From positions 1-27,513 of IMG/VR virus record IMGVR_UViG_3300049594_000052: DNA of 27,513 bases, one strand, 5' to 3'. The notes under the pieces were generated by a model. That model made no database searches. It saw only the letters and a program-made list of their open reading frames with translations, and had not been told where the DNA came from. The DNA comes from a virus (lineage: Duplodnaviria > Caudoviricetes). Made by a program: the position numbers and the translations under genes. This document shows, in pieces, positions 1 to 10,099 of this stretch (position 1 is the stretch's first letter; each line of letters starts with the position of its first letter).

Positions 1-828
<828 letters not shown>

Positions 829-836
829 TCTAGTAT

Positions 837-1412
837 ATGAGATACTTTGACAGAGTTATTGTCATCAATGTTCCAAGGCGTTCGGATCGTTTAGAGCAGT
901 TCCGCAAAGAAGCTGAAACAGTTGGCTTTGACTTTGAAGTACATTCAGCTATGGATGGACAGTTCCTAGGTATGGACCCGATAGTGGCTGGCAGGTTAAG
1001 TCATATAGAGGTTCTACGAAAGATAAAGCCAGATGAGATGGTTCTTATCTGTGAAGATGATGCTAAATTTAGAGAAGATTTTAATGAGGCTCTGGATGAA
1101 TATATGGCAGACCTACCCGAAGACTGGGATATCTTCTATCTAGGAGCAGTAAAGAATGAGACTAAGCCAGTCAATAAGCACTGGGTTAGACAGGTAGTTT
1201 CAACAGGAACCCAAGCCTATTGTGTAAATCCTGCCAAGGTAGATTTATTTATCCAGATAGCCAGAGAGTTTGACCAGTGGATAGATGTGGCTTATAGGGT
1301 CTGGGCTAACAGGACTAATGCCTATATTGCCCAGCCAAACCTGGTAATTCAGCACGATGGATTCTCAGATTTACGCGGCGAGTTAGTTTCTGATTTCAAA
1401 GGTTTTCAGTAG
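837..1412 (+). CDS. Glycosyltransferase family 25
   Basis: VINVPRRSDR N-terminal motif, LSH, LICEDDA, WDIFYLG and TQAY are typical GT25 motifs. Confidence 0.85.
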   Translation: MRYFDRVIVINVPRRSDRLEQFRKEAETVGFDFEVHSAMDGQFLGMDPIVAGRLSHIEVLRKIKPDEMVLICEDDAKFREDFNEALDEYMADLPEDWDIFYLGAVKNETKPVNKHWVRQVVSTGTQAYCVNPAKVDLFIQIAREFDQWIDVAYRVWANRTNAYIAQPNLVIQHDGFSDLRGELVSDFKGFQ

Positions 1413-1421
1413 AATTGTGGT

Positions 1422-2507
1422 ATGAGATTCCACGTAGTAGCGCTACCCCATACACAGGTAACTAAAGAATTCGCAGGTTGTGCGTACACTGAAAAGGTTC
1501 GCAGATTCTGCAATATGATGAAAGGGTTAGGCCATACGGTCTACCTATATGCAGGCGATGAGAATGAAGCTCAAGTAGATGAGCACATATCTTGCATCTC
1601 TGAGACACAAAGAAGAATCGTTGTAGGTAAGAAGCCTTATGTTGAGGCACCCTTTGATTATCGTTTACCTCACTGGCAAAAGTTTAATAAGAAAGCTGCT
1701 GCTGAGATTAAGAAGCGAGCAGAGAAGCACGACTTCATCTGTGTAATTGGTGGAGCAAGTCATAAGCCAATAGCAGATGCACTGCCAGAAATGATGACAG
1801 TAGAGTTTGGCGTAGGATATGCAGGAGTCTTTGCTCAATATAAAGTTTATGAATCTTATGCTTGGATGCACGCAATCTATGCTCAGCATAAGAACGCTGC
1901 TCAAGTAGATGGTTCATTCTTTGATGCGGTGATTCCAGGTTATCTAGATCCTGATATGTTCCCAATGGGCAAAGGTGATGGGGACTATTACCTGTATGTC
2001 GGAAGAATGATTCCGAGAAAAGGTATAGACATTGCAGCGCATATCTGCAAGACCATCGGAGCAAGACTTATCTTTGCAGGTCCTGGACCACACATACCAA
2101 ACTATGGTGAGTACATAGGAACAGTAGGACCTGAGAAGCGTGCAGAGTTGATGGGTGGAGCAATAGCTACATTTGTCCCAACGCTTTACTTAGAACCTTT
2201 TGGTAATGTGAACATTGAATCACAAGCCTGCGGAACTCCAGTAATTACTACAGACTGGGGTGCATTTACAGAAACTGTAGTGCAAGGCGTTACAGGTTAT
2301 AGATGTCGTAACGTAGAAGAGTTTATCTTGGCAACACAGAACGTCAAGAATCTAGATAGGCAAGCTATCAGGGATAGGGCTATATCGCTCTACTCAGTAG
2401 ATGTTATAGCAAAGCAGTATGAATACTATTTCCAGAGACTAATGACGCTCTGGGAAGATGGCTGGTATACGGAAGGAAACAATGCCAACACTGGGAGAAA
2501 TGATTGA
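1422..2507 (+). CDS. Glycosyltransferase family 4 (GT-B fold)
   Basis: LYVGRMIPRKG and the EX7E motif EPFGNVNIESQACGTPVITTDWG. Confidence 0.9.
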   Translation: MRFHVVALPHTQVTKEFAGCAYTEKVRRFCNMMKGLGHTVYLYAGDENEAQVDEHISCISETQRRIVVGKKPYVEAPFDYRLPHWQKFNKKAAAEIKKRAEKHDFICVIGGASHKPIADALPEMMTVEFGVGYAGVFAQYKVYESYAWMHAIYAQHKNAAQVDGSFFDAVIPGYLDPDMFPMGKGDGDYYLYVGRMIPRKGIDIAAHICKTIGARLIFAGPGPHIPNYGEYIGTVGPEKRAELMGGAIATFVPTLYLEPFGNVNIESQACGTPVITTDWGAFTETVVQGVTGYRCRNVEEFILATQNVKNLDRQAIRDRAISLYSVDVIAKQYEYYFQRLMTLWEDGWYTEGNNANTGRND

Positions 2508-3384
2508 TGAGGTCAAAGCCAACCTACAAGGCTATGCCCTTCGTCAAGACAGAGTAACATACATAACTAATCCAAATGGTATTACTTCTAGCGATACCTC
2601 TATCGCTATTGGATCTGCTAATAACCTTGCTAAAGGTATAGTTGAGATAGATGAAGAACTACTTTGGATTGATACTTTTAGCACTGCTACCAATACTTTG
2701 AATGTAGCTCCAGGCTTTGGTCGCGGATATCAAGGAACCAGTCCAGCACCACACGGTCAATATGCTCAAGTTACTTTATCTCCAACCTTTCCTAGAGTTA
2801 ATATCAAGAAGGCTATCAACGATACGATTAACTCGTTCTATCCTAAACTCTGGGCAGTATCGTTTACGACTTTTACTTTTAATGCTTCTCAAACAACTTA
2901 TGCTCTACCAGATGATGCCGAGAGTATTCTTTTTATGTCTTGGCAGACCACAGGTTCTTCTCAGGAATGGTTACCTATTAACCGTTGGAGAGCAGACCAA
3001 ATGGCAAATACTGCAACCTTCAATACTAATGTGACTGTTAGTATCTATGAGAACATACAACCTGGTCGTACCGTTCAGGTATGGTACACAACAGAAGCCA
3101 ATACCCTTGATTCTAATTCCGATGACTATGCTGATGTTACTGGTCTACCTGGTAGCTCTGCTGACGTTACTGTACTCGGTGCTTCATACAAACTTCTCAG
3201 TTTCCTTGACGCTGGTCGTATAAATCTATCCAGCGCTGAAGCTGATCTTAACGATACTAAGAATCCATTCAACTCTGGTGCATCTGCATCTCGTTACATC
3301 TTTGCTTTATATCAACAAAGACTTCAGGAGGAGGCACTGAAGTTACAAGACAGGTATCCAATTCGCATCCATTACACAAAATAG
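2482..3384 (+). CDS. Putative virion structural protein (head-tail adaptor / tail tubular-like)
   Basis: ATG 2482 follows GAAGGA, a better start than 2458. Helical N-terminus MPTLGEMIDEVK, KKAINDTIN and YALPDD segments resemble adaptor proteins. It lies between fibre genes. Confidence 0.5.
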   Translation: MPTLGEMIDEVKANLQGYALRQDRVTYITNPNGITSSDTSIAIGSANNLAKGIVEIDEELLWIDTFSTATNTLNVAPGFGRGYQGTSPAPHGQYAQVTLSPTFPRVNIKKAINDTINSFYPKLWAVSFTTFTFNASQTTYALPDDAESILFMSWQTTGSSQEWLPINRWRADQMANTATFNTNVTVSIYENIQPGRTVQVWYTTEANTLDSNSDDYADVTGLPGSSADVTVLGASYKLLSFLDAGRINLSSAEADLNDTKNPFNSGASASRYIFALYQQRLQEEALKLQDRYPIRIHYTK

Positions 3385-3394
3385 AGGTAAATAG

Positions 3395-4234
3395 ATGACT
3401 AGAAAATACTCAAGTATCAGCGTTGCGACAACGCTTGCCAGTGGTATAAATACAACTGCTACCAGTATGACGGTAGCAACAGGAACTGCTGCAGCCTTGA
3501 TGGGTGGTGTCTCACTAGGTGTTGGTAACGTAGACATATTCACAGTGGCTATAGATGTAGATACGATAAATGAAGAAATTGTTTATGTGACAAACGTATC
3601 TGGTGACATCTTAACTATTAGCCGAGGAAGGGCTGGAACTGGAACTCCAGGTGTATCTGGTATAACTCACTCTTCAGGTGCCACAGTCAAGCACGTTCTA
3701 ACCTCAGATGATTTAACAGATTTTGAAAGCGCAGTATCGCCTATAGCAAGCCTAGGTTTCTCTGGGTCTACATCTGGCACCACAACAGTACAAGCAACTG
3801 CGGTAGCAGGAACCACAACTCTAACCTTGCCTGCTGCTACAGATACTCTGGTAGGTAAGGCAACTAACGATATTCTAACCAATAAAACTCTTACATCGCC
3901 AATCATTACAACCCCAACTATGCGTCTTTCTGTAAACGCTCAGACTGGAACTACTTATACTCTGGTTGCTGCAGATGCCTCTTACAAACTTGTCACAGCA
4001 TCTAATGCTGCAGCGATAACAGTTACAGTTCCTTCAAGCGTATTTAGCGCAGGAGATGTTATTAACCTGCAACAAATCGGCGCAGGTCAAGTTACCTTTG
4101 CTCAGGGCGCTGGAGTTACTATAACTTCAACTGGAGCTACCTCAACTGCTCCAAAGCTAAGAGCCCAGTATTCAGCTTGTAGTGTGATCTGTACAGCAAG
4201 CAACACATTTACTATCGTAGGAGATATTGCCTAA
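3395..4234 (+). CDS. Tail fibre-like protein with C-terminal adaptor domain
   Basis: Thr/Gly-rich, with the TLTLPAATDTLVG...LTNKTLTSP fibre motif. Ends in the shared [10 protein letters not shown]...VGDIA domain. GAGG RBS upstream. Confidence 0.75.
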   Translation: MTRKYSSISVATTLASGINTTATSMTVATGTAAALMGGVSLGVGNVDIFTVAIDVDTINEEIVYVTNVSGDILTISRGRAGTGTPGVSGITHSSGATVKHVLTSDDLTDFESAVSPIASLGFSGSTSGTTTVQATAVAGTTTLTLPAATDTLVGKATNDILTNKTLTSPIITTPTMRLSVNAQTGTTYTLVAADASYKLVTASNAAAITVTVPSSVFSAGDVINLQQIGAGQVTFAQGAGVTITSTGATSTAPKLRAQYSACSVICTASNTFTIVGDIA

Positions 4235-4788
4235 TGCCTATACTCGGGATAATTGCTTCATCTAAACTAACTGCGGTTGTAGGCGATTATGAGTCCATCG
4301 CTACTGTATCCGTTGGCGGTGGCGGTGCTGCCAATGTGGAGTTTACTTCTATTCCTGCTACTTATACACATTTACAGATTAGGGCTTTAATTCGTATGGC
4401 TAGGTCATCAGAAGATTATATTACAACAACATTCAATTCAGGAACGGCTGTTACTGCTCGTCATATATTAAGTGGTAATGGTTCAACGGTAAGCGCTAGT
4501 AGTGGAAGTGGCACAGGTCAAGATTTTGGTCCGTTTCCTGATTCTTCACATACCGCTTCAATTTTTGGTGTTTTGATTTTAGATATATTAGATTACTCAA
4601 ACACTAATAAATATAAAACATACAGAATGTTCAGTGGTAACGATAGAAACGGCGCAGGAAGAATTGACCTACAAAGCACAACAGCATCTACAACAAGTGC
4701 GCTTTCTAGTATTGCTTTTAGTACTTATTATGGCGATGGTTTCGCCCAATACTCCCAGTTCGCCCTCTACGGAATACGGAGCGCATAA
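4234..4788 (+). CDS. Tail-tip triad protein 1 (copy A), putative receptor-binding subunit
   Basis: YESIAT...FTSIPATYTHL N-motif and FALYGI C-motif. TAATG-coupled to the fibre gene. Confidence 0.65.
   Translation: MPILGIIASSKLTAVVGDYESIATVSVGGGGAANVEFTSIPATYTHLQIRALIRMARSSEDYITTTFNSGTAVTARHILSGNGSTVSASSGSGTGQDFGPFPDSSHTASIFGVLILDILDYSNTNKYKTYRMFSGNDRNGAGRIDLQSTTASTTSALSSIAFSTYYGDGFAQYSQFALYGIRSA
4348..4788 (+). repeat. Left copy of ~440 bp direct repeat (partner 26321-26761, offset 21,973)
   Basis: Manual alignment gives 10 mismatches in 441 nt, no gaps, and an identical block at 4502-4688. Confidence 0.95.
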
Positions 4789-5282
4789 TGCCTACAACTT
4801 ATGAACCGATAGCAACGACAACGCTTGGCAGCGCTGCTGCGACAGTGACCTTTTCTAGTATTAGTGGCAGTTATACTGATTTGGTTTTGATTATCAATGG
4901 AAAATGGACAGGAACTGGTGCTTCCAGTTTTGGATTACAATTTAATTCAGACTCTGGAAGTAATTACTCAATTACTCGCTTACTTGGTAATGGTTCTTCA
5001 GCATCTAGTAATCGCACCAATAATACAACGACTACAAGCGGCGGTCAATTAGACGCAACGAATTTTAATCCTAACATTACGCACATTATGAATTATTCCA
5101 ATTCAACCACCTATAAAACTATCTTGTGGCGCGGAAATATACCATCTACGCAGGTAGAGGCGGCAGTTTCGTTATGGAGAAATACCTCAGCAATTACAAG
5201 TATTAGTGCTGGATACTTTGATGTATCGGCAAACTGGGAAACAGGCTCAACCTTTACCCTCTACGGCGTAAAGGCGGCATAA
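4788..5282 (+). CDS. Tail-tip triad protein 2 (copy A)
   Basis: YEPIATTTL...YTDLVL and TLYGVKAA. Homologous to 26761-27255. Confidence 0.65.
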   Translation: MPTTYEPIATTTLGSAAATVTFSSISGSYTDLVLIINGKWTGTGASSFGLQFNSDSGSNYSITRLLGNGSSASSNRTNNTTTTSGGQLDATNFNPNITHIMNYSNSTTYKTILWRGNIPSTQVEAAVSLWRNTSAITSISAGYFDVSANWETGSTFTLYGVKAA

Positions 5283-5812
5283 TGGCTAACACATATACGG
5301 CAATAGCCACAACAACTGTGGGTAGTGGTGGGGCTGCTAATATAGAATTTACTAGCATACCTGCGACTTATACTGATTTAGTTATTCAATTATCAGCAAG
5401 AAGCACGGGAAACTTTGGCGGCAATGACTCTATGAGTGATGATTGCTACCTAAGGTTCAATAGTTCATCTTCTGATTATTCTGCTCGCAGTTTGTATGGC
5501 TATGGAAGTGGTGTAGGTTCAGGTAATAATGCAGCACAAACATATCTAAAAGCCTTTTATATTGATGGGAGTGGAGCAACTGCTTCTACTTTTGGAAATA
5601 CCTTAATTTATATTCCAAATTATACTTCTTCCAATAATAAATCTGTAAGTGGTGATTCAGTTTCAGAACATAATGCAACAATGGCTTATATGAATTTGAT
5701 GGCTGGTTTATGGGCTAATTCATCAGCAATAACTTCTATTACTTTGACAACAGCAAACGGCAACTTCGCCCAATACTCAACAGCCACCCTATACGGAATC
5801 AAGAACTCCTAA
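5282..5812 (+). CDS. Tail-tip triad protein 3 (copy A)
   Basis: YTAIATTTVGSGGAANIEFTSIPATYTDL and ATLYGIKNS. Confidence 0.65.
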   Translation: MANTYTAIATTTVGSGGAANIEFTSIPATYTDLVIQLSARSTGNFGGNDSMSDDCYLRFNSSSSDYSARSLYGYGSGVGSGNNAAQTYLKAFYIDGSGATASTFGNTLIYIPNYTSSNNKSVSGDSVSEHNATMAYMNLMAGLWANSSAITSITLTTANGNFAQYSTATLYGIKNS

Positions 5813-5826
5813 CGAAAGGAAAAACA

Positions 5827-6048
5827 ATGCCAACCAAACTAATCGTAGATTGCTCAACTGGAGTAACTACCGAGGTAGAACTAACTGCCGAAGAAGTTGC
5901 TCAGCGCGAGGCAGATGCAGTTGCCTTTGCAGAAATTAAAGCAGCAGAGGAAGCAGCAGCACAGGCTAAGGCAGATGCTAAGGCAAGTGCTCAGGCCAAA
6001 CTAGCAGCACTCGGTCTGACAGCAGACGAGATCGCAGCACTAACCTAA
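5827..6048 (+). CDS. Small Ala/Glu-rich helical protein, possible fibre assembly chaperone
   Basis: AAAGGA RBS, position directly after the triad, coiled-coil-like composition. Confidence 0.45.
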   Translation: MPTKLIVDCSTGVTTEVELTAEEVAQREADAVAFAEIKAAEEAAAQAKADAKASAQAKLAALGLTADEIAALT

Positions 6049-6051
6049 CGT

Positions 6052-6591
6052 ATGGAAAAAAGCGCTAACGGCTGGCCTGCCTCAGCCGATCCTGAAGCGA
6101 TAGTTATTATCCGCAAGCGCGTTCCAGGCACTGATTTAAAGCTTCGCATTGCCGAGCCTGTAGCGCCGTTGCTTATAGCATTCGCCGCCGACTTCCACCG
6201 CCTAGTTGAACCTTTAGATGAGGGTCAGTTAGACGACTGGGGCTATTGCTATCGCAAAATTCGTGGAACCCATACCGTCATTTCCAATCACGCTAGTGGC
6301 ACGGCCATTGATTTAAACGCTACAAAGCATCCACTAGGGGCCGTTGATACCTTTAACAAAGAGCAAGACAAGACCATACGAAGACTCTGTCGTAAGTATG
6401 GTTTAAAGTGGGGCGGCGACTACAGATATCGCAAGGATGAAATGCACTTTGAGATAGCATTAAACTCCGCACAAGTAGCTACATTAATCTCTGCATTAGG
6501 TTTGGAGAAAACTGATGACAACCGCAAAACAGAAGAAGCAAATCAAGACGGCGCAGCAGGTGGCGGCTTCTTGGGGCCGCGCAGCACTTAG
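6052..6591 (+). CDS. Endolysin, peptidase M15 family
   Basis: SNHASGTAIDLN (SxHxxGxAxD), LKWGGDY and DEMHFEI zinc-peptidase motifs. N-terminal SANGWPAS. Confidence 0.9.
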   Translation: MEKSANGWPASADPEAIVIIRKRVPGTDLKLRIAEPVAPLLIAFAADFHRLVEPLDEGQLDDWGYCYRKIRGTHTVISNHASGTAIDLNATKHPLGAVDTFNKEQDKTIRRLCRKYGLKWGGDYRYRKDEMHFEIALNSAQVATLISALGLEKTDDNRKTEEANQDGAAGGGFLGPRST

Positions 6592-6721
6592 CGCCGCCAT
6601 TGCTTATTACCTCGCCACTGGTGATGTAACAATCAAGGGTTTAACAAGCGCAGCTCTAGCAGCAGTGCTTCCACCTCTATTGCGTTATGTAAATCCTAAG
6701 GATCAATTGGGACGTGGATAG
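6515..6721 (+). CDS. Putative holin
   Basis: Two hydrophobic segments, basic N-terminus, LRYVNPKD C-terminus. Overlaps the endolysin. Confidence 0.65.
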   Translation: MTTAKQKKQIKTAQQVAASWGRAALSAAIAYYLATGDVTIKGLTSAALAAVLPPLLRYVNPKDQLGRG

Positions 6722-6971
6722 TCTTCTCATACAGTTGGGCGTTATAGCAGCTGCCACGATATCTGGGGTGGCTGCTATATTTGCTGCGCGTGCTGAAAAA
6801 AACAGCCGTCCAGTTTCAAACGGTTTTGCTGAGGAGGTGCTAACAGATTTAAGAGAATTAAGAAAGATGTTATTCCAACATTTAAAAGAACACGATAAAG
6901 AGGGACAAAATGAAAAGTGTTTACATTGTACCAACAAGAGGACGACCAGAAAACGCGTCAAGGCTTCTTAA
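6714..6971 (+). CDS. Membrane-anchored lysis-cassette protein
   Basis: N-terminal TM helix followed by a helical segment ending QHLKEH. Confidence 0.5.
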   Translation: MDSLLIQLGVIAAATISGVAAIFAARAEKNSRPVSNGFAEEVLTDLRELRKMLFQHLKEHDKEGQNEKCLHCTNKRTTRKRVKAS

Positions 6972-7590
6972 AGCTTGGAAAGATACTGACGCTCAATCAG
7001 ATTTATTTTTTGTCTGCGATATAGATGATCCGCGTATGCGCGATTATGAACAAATACCTGAAATAGCAATCATTACAAACCTCCACACCTCTGGTGGAAT
7101 GGCGCAGCCTTTAAATATGGCAGCAATGATTTTATTGAATGATGAGAAATACGACCGCTATCAGTACTTTGGATTTATGGGCGACGATCATTTGCCACGC
7201 ACTAAGTATTGGGATTATTTATTAAAGCTAACAATTCCAGGGACAAAACAAGGCATCGCGTACGGCAATGACTTACTGCAAAAAGGCAACCTGCCCACGG
7301 CCTGTTTATTGACGCGAGGCATAGTAGAAAAGCTCCGTGGAATGGTGCAGCCTGGGGCCAAGCATTTATACCTGGACAATTTCTGGTTGCAGCTGGGTAG
7401 GGATATAAACGGCCTTCACTACTCGCACGACATCGTAATCGAGCATCTACATCCTGTGGCTGCCAAAGCAACGATGGATGAGCATTACGCAAGGGTCAAC
7501 GCGCCTGAATATTACGAACACGACAGAAAAATATTCGAGGCGTTTATAGCAAGCGACACTTACAAAGAACTTGTTTTGGCCTTGTTATGA
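6910..7590 (+). CDS. Glycosyltransferase (GT-A, GT2-like)
   Basis: YIVPTRGRP start, FMGDDH (DxD-like), HLYLDN and IEHLHP. Confidence 0.75.
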   Translation: MKSVYIVPTRGRPENASRLLKAWKDTDAQSDLFFVCDIDDPRMRDYEQIPEIAIITNLHTSGGMAQPLNMAAMILLNDEKYDRYQYFGFMGDDHLPRTKYWDYLLKLTIPGTKQGIAYGNDLLQKGNLPTACLLTRGIVEKLRGMVQPGAKHLYLDNFWLQLGRDINGLHYSHDIVIEHLHPVAAKATMDEHYARVNAPEYYEHDRKIFEAFIASDTYKELVLALL

Positions 7591-8462
7591 AAATCTTAAT
7601 TACAGGGTATCAAGGCTTTGTAGGACAACACTTTGTGCGCGCATTAGAAAGCCACACTTTAACTCTGGTAGATATAAAAGATGGAAATGATGCCAGAGAC
7701 TTTTTTCGAGAAAATGATACGCACTATGATCTAGTGATACATCTGGCAGCGGTTGTAGGTGGTCGCCAAATGATAGAAGGCAATCCACTGGCTTTGGCCG
7801 TCGATTTAGCTATTGATGCTGAGATGGCTTCGTGGGCAATGCGTACAGTTCCACGTCATATTCTGTACTTCTCAAGCAGCGCCGCGTATCCAATAGAGCT
7901 ACAAACAGGAGCCTACAAACGAAGGCTGACAGAGAATGACATCAATTTAAAAGATATACGTTTACCTGATATGACTTACGGTTGGGCAAAGCTGACAGGC
8001 GAGATGCTTTGCGAGCATTTACGTCAGGAGGGTCTGACGGTCACGGTCTTGAGACCATTTAGTGGATACGGAGCAGAGCAGGACCCTAGCTACCCATTCA
8101 GGGCTTTTATGGACAGAGCCGTACGCCTAGAGGACCCTTTTACAATCTGGGGGTCGACCCTGACCGTGCGCGATTGGATTCATATAAGCGACATCGTTGC
8201 TATAAGCCTGGCAATGGCCCAGGACCGCCTATCCATCACGGCAAACCTGGCCACAGGTAGGGCCACGGCCTTTGCCGAACTAGCAACCCTGGTCATTAAG
8301 GCTAGGGGTGGGGGCTACAAGCCCAGGATTGAGGTCAACGAGGGTGCGCCTAAAGGGGTCAATTACAGGGTAGGCAATCCTGCTTTCTTACGCAGCTTAG
8401 GCTTTGAGCCTAAAGTAAGCCTTGAGGTTGGCGTGGCGCAAGCCCTGTCTGTCTGGACTTGA
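7587..8462 (+). CDS. NAD-dependent sugar epimerase/dehydratase
   Basis: ILITGYQGFVG Rossmann motif, HLAA, SSSAAY, YGWAK (YxxxK) and RDWIHISD. Confidence 0.92.
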   Translation: MKILITGYQGFVGQHFVRALESHTLTLVDIKDGNDARDFFRENDTHYDLVIHLAAVVGGRQMIEGNPLALAVDLAIDAEMASWAMRTVPRHILYFSSSAAYPIELQTGAYKRRLTENDINLKDIRLPDMTYGWAKLTGEMLCEHLRQEGLTVTVLRPFSGYGAEQDPSYPFRAFMDRAVRLEDPFTIWGSTLTVRDWIHISDIVAISLAMAQDRLSITANLATGRATAFAELATLVIKARGGGYKPRIEVNEGAPKGVNYRVGNPAFLRSLGFEPKVSLEVGVAQALSVWT

Positions 8463-8515
8463 CGCTAACCTGTTAATACCTAGAAGCTCCTAACCCTCTA
8501 GGTAAAGGGACAGAA

Positions 8516-8674
8516 ATGCAATTACTACAGCAATACTCCGATCTGCTGATTTTCTTATGCTGGCTCGTCGTAATCACTATTGGATATCTATACGGTCACC
8601 ACGTCGGTTATGAACGCGGTTTTTTAAGAGGCCGTTACTCAAGCAGAGAACATCCATCACGGAGAAATAGTTAA
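8516..8674 (+). CDS. Small membrane protein (52 aa, not in ORF track)
   Basis: AAAGGGA RBS then MQLLQQYSDLLIFLCWLVVITIGYLYGHHVGYERGFLRG... The stop overlaps the next ATG (TAATG). Confidence 0.7.
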   Translation: MQLLQQYSDLLIFLCWLVVITIGYLYGHHVGYERGFLRGRYSSREHPSRRNS

Positions 8675-9183
8675 TGAATCTTAAAGAAATCGCTGCTGAA
8701 CTTGCAGCGTTAACCGTCATTAAAGATGCCGTCACTGAAGCAACTAACTCTTTGCGCGAATTAGCAAAGGATGAGCTTACAAACGTCGGCGCTGATATGA
8801 CCAAAGCAGTCATCGACAATCAAGAGGTAGCTAAAGTCACCCTTGTAAGCCGAGACGTGGCCTTCGTTATAACAAATGAAAGTGCGTTCTTGCAGTGGGT
8901 AACGGAGAATTTCCCAACGGAAATCGAACCAAAGGTGCGTGATGGGTTTAGAAAGAAATACACGGAGACCCTAGCAATGACACCTGATGGAAAGATATTT
9001 AGCACCTTAAATGGAGAAATCTTAGACTTTATGTCTATTGAGACCAAAGCTCCTTATGTATCGACTCGTTTTGCACCTGAAGGTCGCGAGATCGTGCTTG
9101 AGGCAATGCGCGAGCATCGCCTAACAACCTTACCCTGGCTTAATAGCTACGTGGAAACCAAACGCAGAACGGAGATTGAATAA
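8674..9183 (+). CDS. Hypothetical protein of the recombination module (N-terminal coiled coil)
   Basis: Long ORF, GGAG RBS, coupled to the annealase gene. Confidence 0.6.
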   Translation: MNLKEIAAELAALTVIKDAVTEATNSLRELAKDELTNVGADMTKAVIDNQEVAKVTLVSRDVAFVITNESAFLQWVTENFPTEIEPKVRDGFRKKYTETLAMTPDGKIFSTLNGEILDFMSIETKAPYVSTRFAPEGREIVLEAMREHRLTTLPWLNSYVETKRRTEIE

Positions 9184-9863
9184 TGGACGATAAGCAAGCG
9201 GCAAAACTACGCGCTTCATTTAAAGAAAGTCAGATTGAAAAGAAAGTGATGGGCAGTCGCTCATACAACTACATTAATCACGCGGTTGTTACCGATAGAT
9301 TAATTGAAGTAGACCCAACCTGGTATTGGGCTCCTATGGCTTTAGCAGAAAATGGAATGCCACAGCTAGATGAACACAACGGCATCTGGATTAAGTTAAC
9401 AATATGCGGAGTAACGCGTATTGGATACGGAGCTTCCGAGCCGCATCAAAAAGGTGCAGATGCGGTGAAAACAGCTATTAGCGATGCAATCAAGAATGCA
9501 GCGATGCGTTTTGGCGTTGCACTTGATCTGTGGGGCGCTGATAGCAATGGACAAAGCGCAGAGAGCGTGACCCTTTCCACGCCAACTCTGCGCTCTGTTC
9601 CACCTTTAAAGCCAGTGGTTACTGAAAGCCAAGACTTAGCAGACTTTATAGCCGCACAAAGGCCAAATGATCCAACGCCAATCGTACAAACGGCTGAGGA
9701 GACTGGTGAGCCGCACTGCAAACACGGAAGCTTTGCTTGCCGTATTTATAGAAACGGCACAAGCAATAGCGGCAAACCGTATGAAGGTTTATTTTGCCAA
9801 CGCAAACCATACGAAGAGCAATGCACACCTGTTTCCATTGACGGAAAGCCGTGGAAGAAATGA
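9183..9863 (+). CDS. Rad52/Sak-like single-strand annealing protein with C-terminal Cys/His zinc-binding module
   Basis: YINHAVVTDRLIEVDP, LTICGVTRIGYG and KTAISDAIKNAAMRFGVALDLW. C-terminal CKHG...C...C. Confidence 0.8.
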   Translation: MDDKQAAKLRASFKESQIEKKVMGSRSYNYINHAVVTDRLIEVDPTWYWAPMALAENGMPQLDEHNGIWIKLTICGVTRIGYGASEPHQKGADAVKTAISDAIKNAAMRFGVALDLWGADSNGQSAESVTLSTPTLRSVPPLKPVVTESQDLADFIAAQRPNDPTPIVQTAEETGEPHCKHGSFACRIYRNGTSNSGKPYEGLFCQRKPYEEQCTPVSIDGKPWKK

Positions 9864-10099
9864 AGAAATTAAAGAAAACAAATCGCATAGTAAAAAGCCA
9901 GAAATGCGATCATACATTGCGCCCTGAATTTGCCGAGATGGTCAATAAAACCATTTTTAATTTTCAGAGGATAAAGCAAGAAAATGACGAGGGTTTATTG
10001 ATGGCTACTTTGCTAAACTTTGCCATCGTGTTGCCATCGTTTCTTACCGCCTTATCACAAGACTATGAAATAAGTGATGAAGCCACTGATACTAACTGA
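9860..10099 (+). CDS. Hypothetical protein
   Basis: ATGA overlap with the previous stop; fills the operon gap. Confidence 0.5.
   Translation: MKKLKKTNRIVKSQKCDHTLRPEFAEMVNKTIFNFQRIKQENDEGLLMATLLNFAIVLPSFLTALSQDYEISDEATDTN

Noticed and set aside
4348-4788. Diversity-generating retroelement TR/VR pair
   Set aside because: Mismatches are not adenine-specific (many are C/T), both copies are coding, the repeat is too long, and no reverse transcriptase is present.
8100-8460. Local clusters of GGCC/CCWGG words (also ~24840-25150)
   Set aside because: Enrichment cannot be shown without k-mer counting and may reflect Ala/Gly/Pro codon use.
8459-8488. Promoter TTGACG upstream of the early genes
   Set aside because: The -35 is good, but there is no convincing TANNNT at 16-19 nt spacing.
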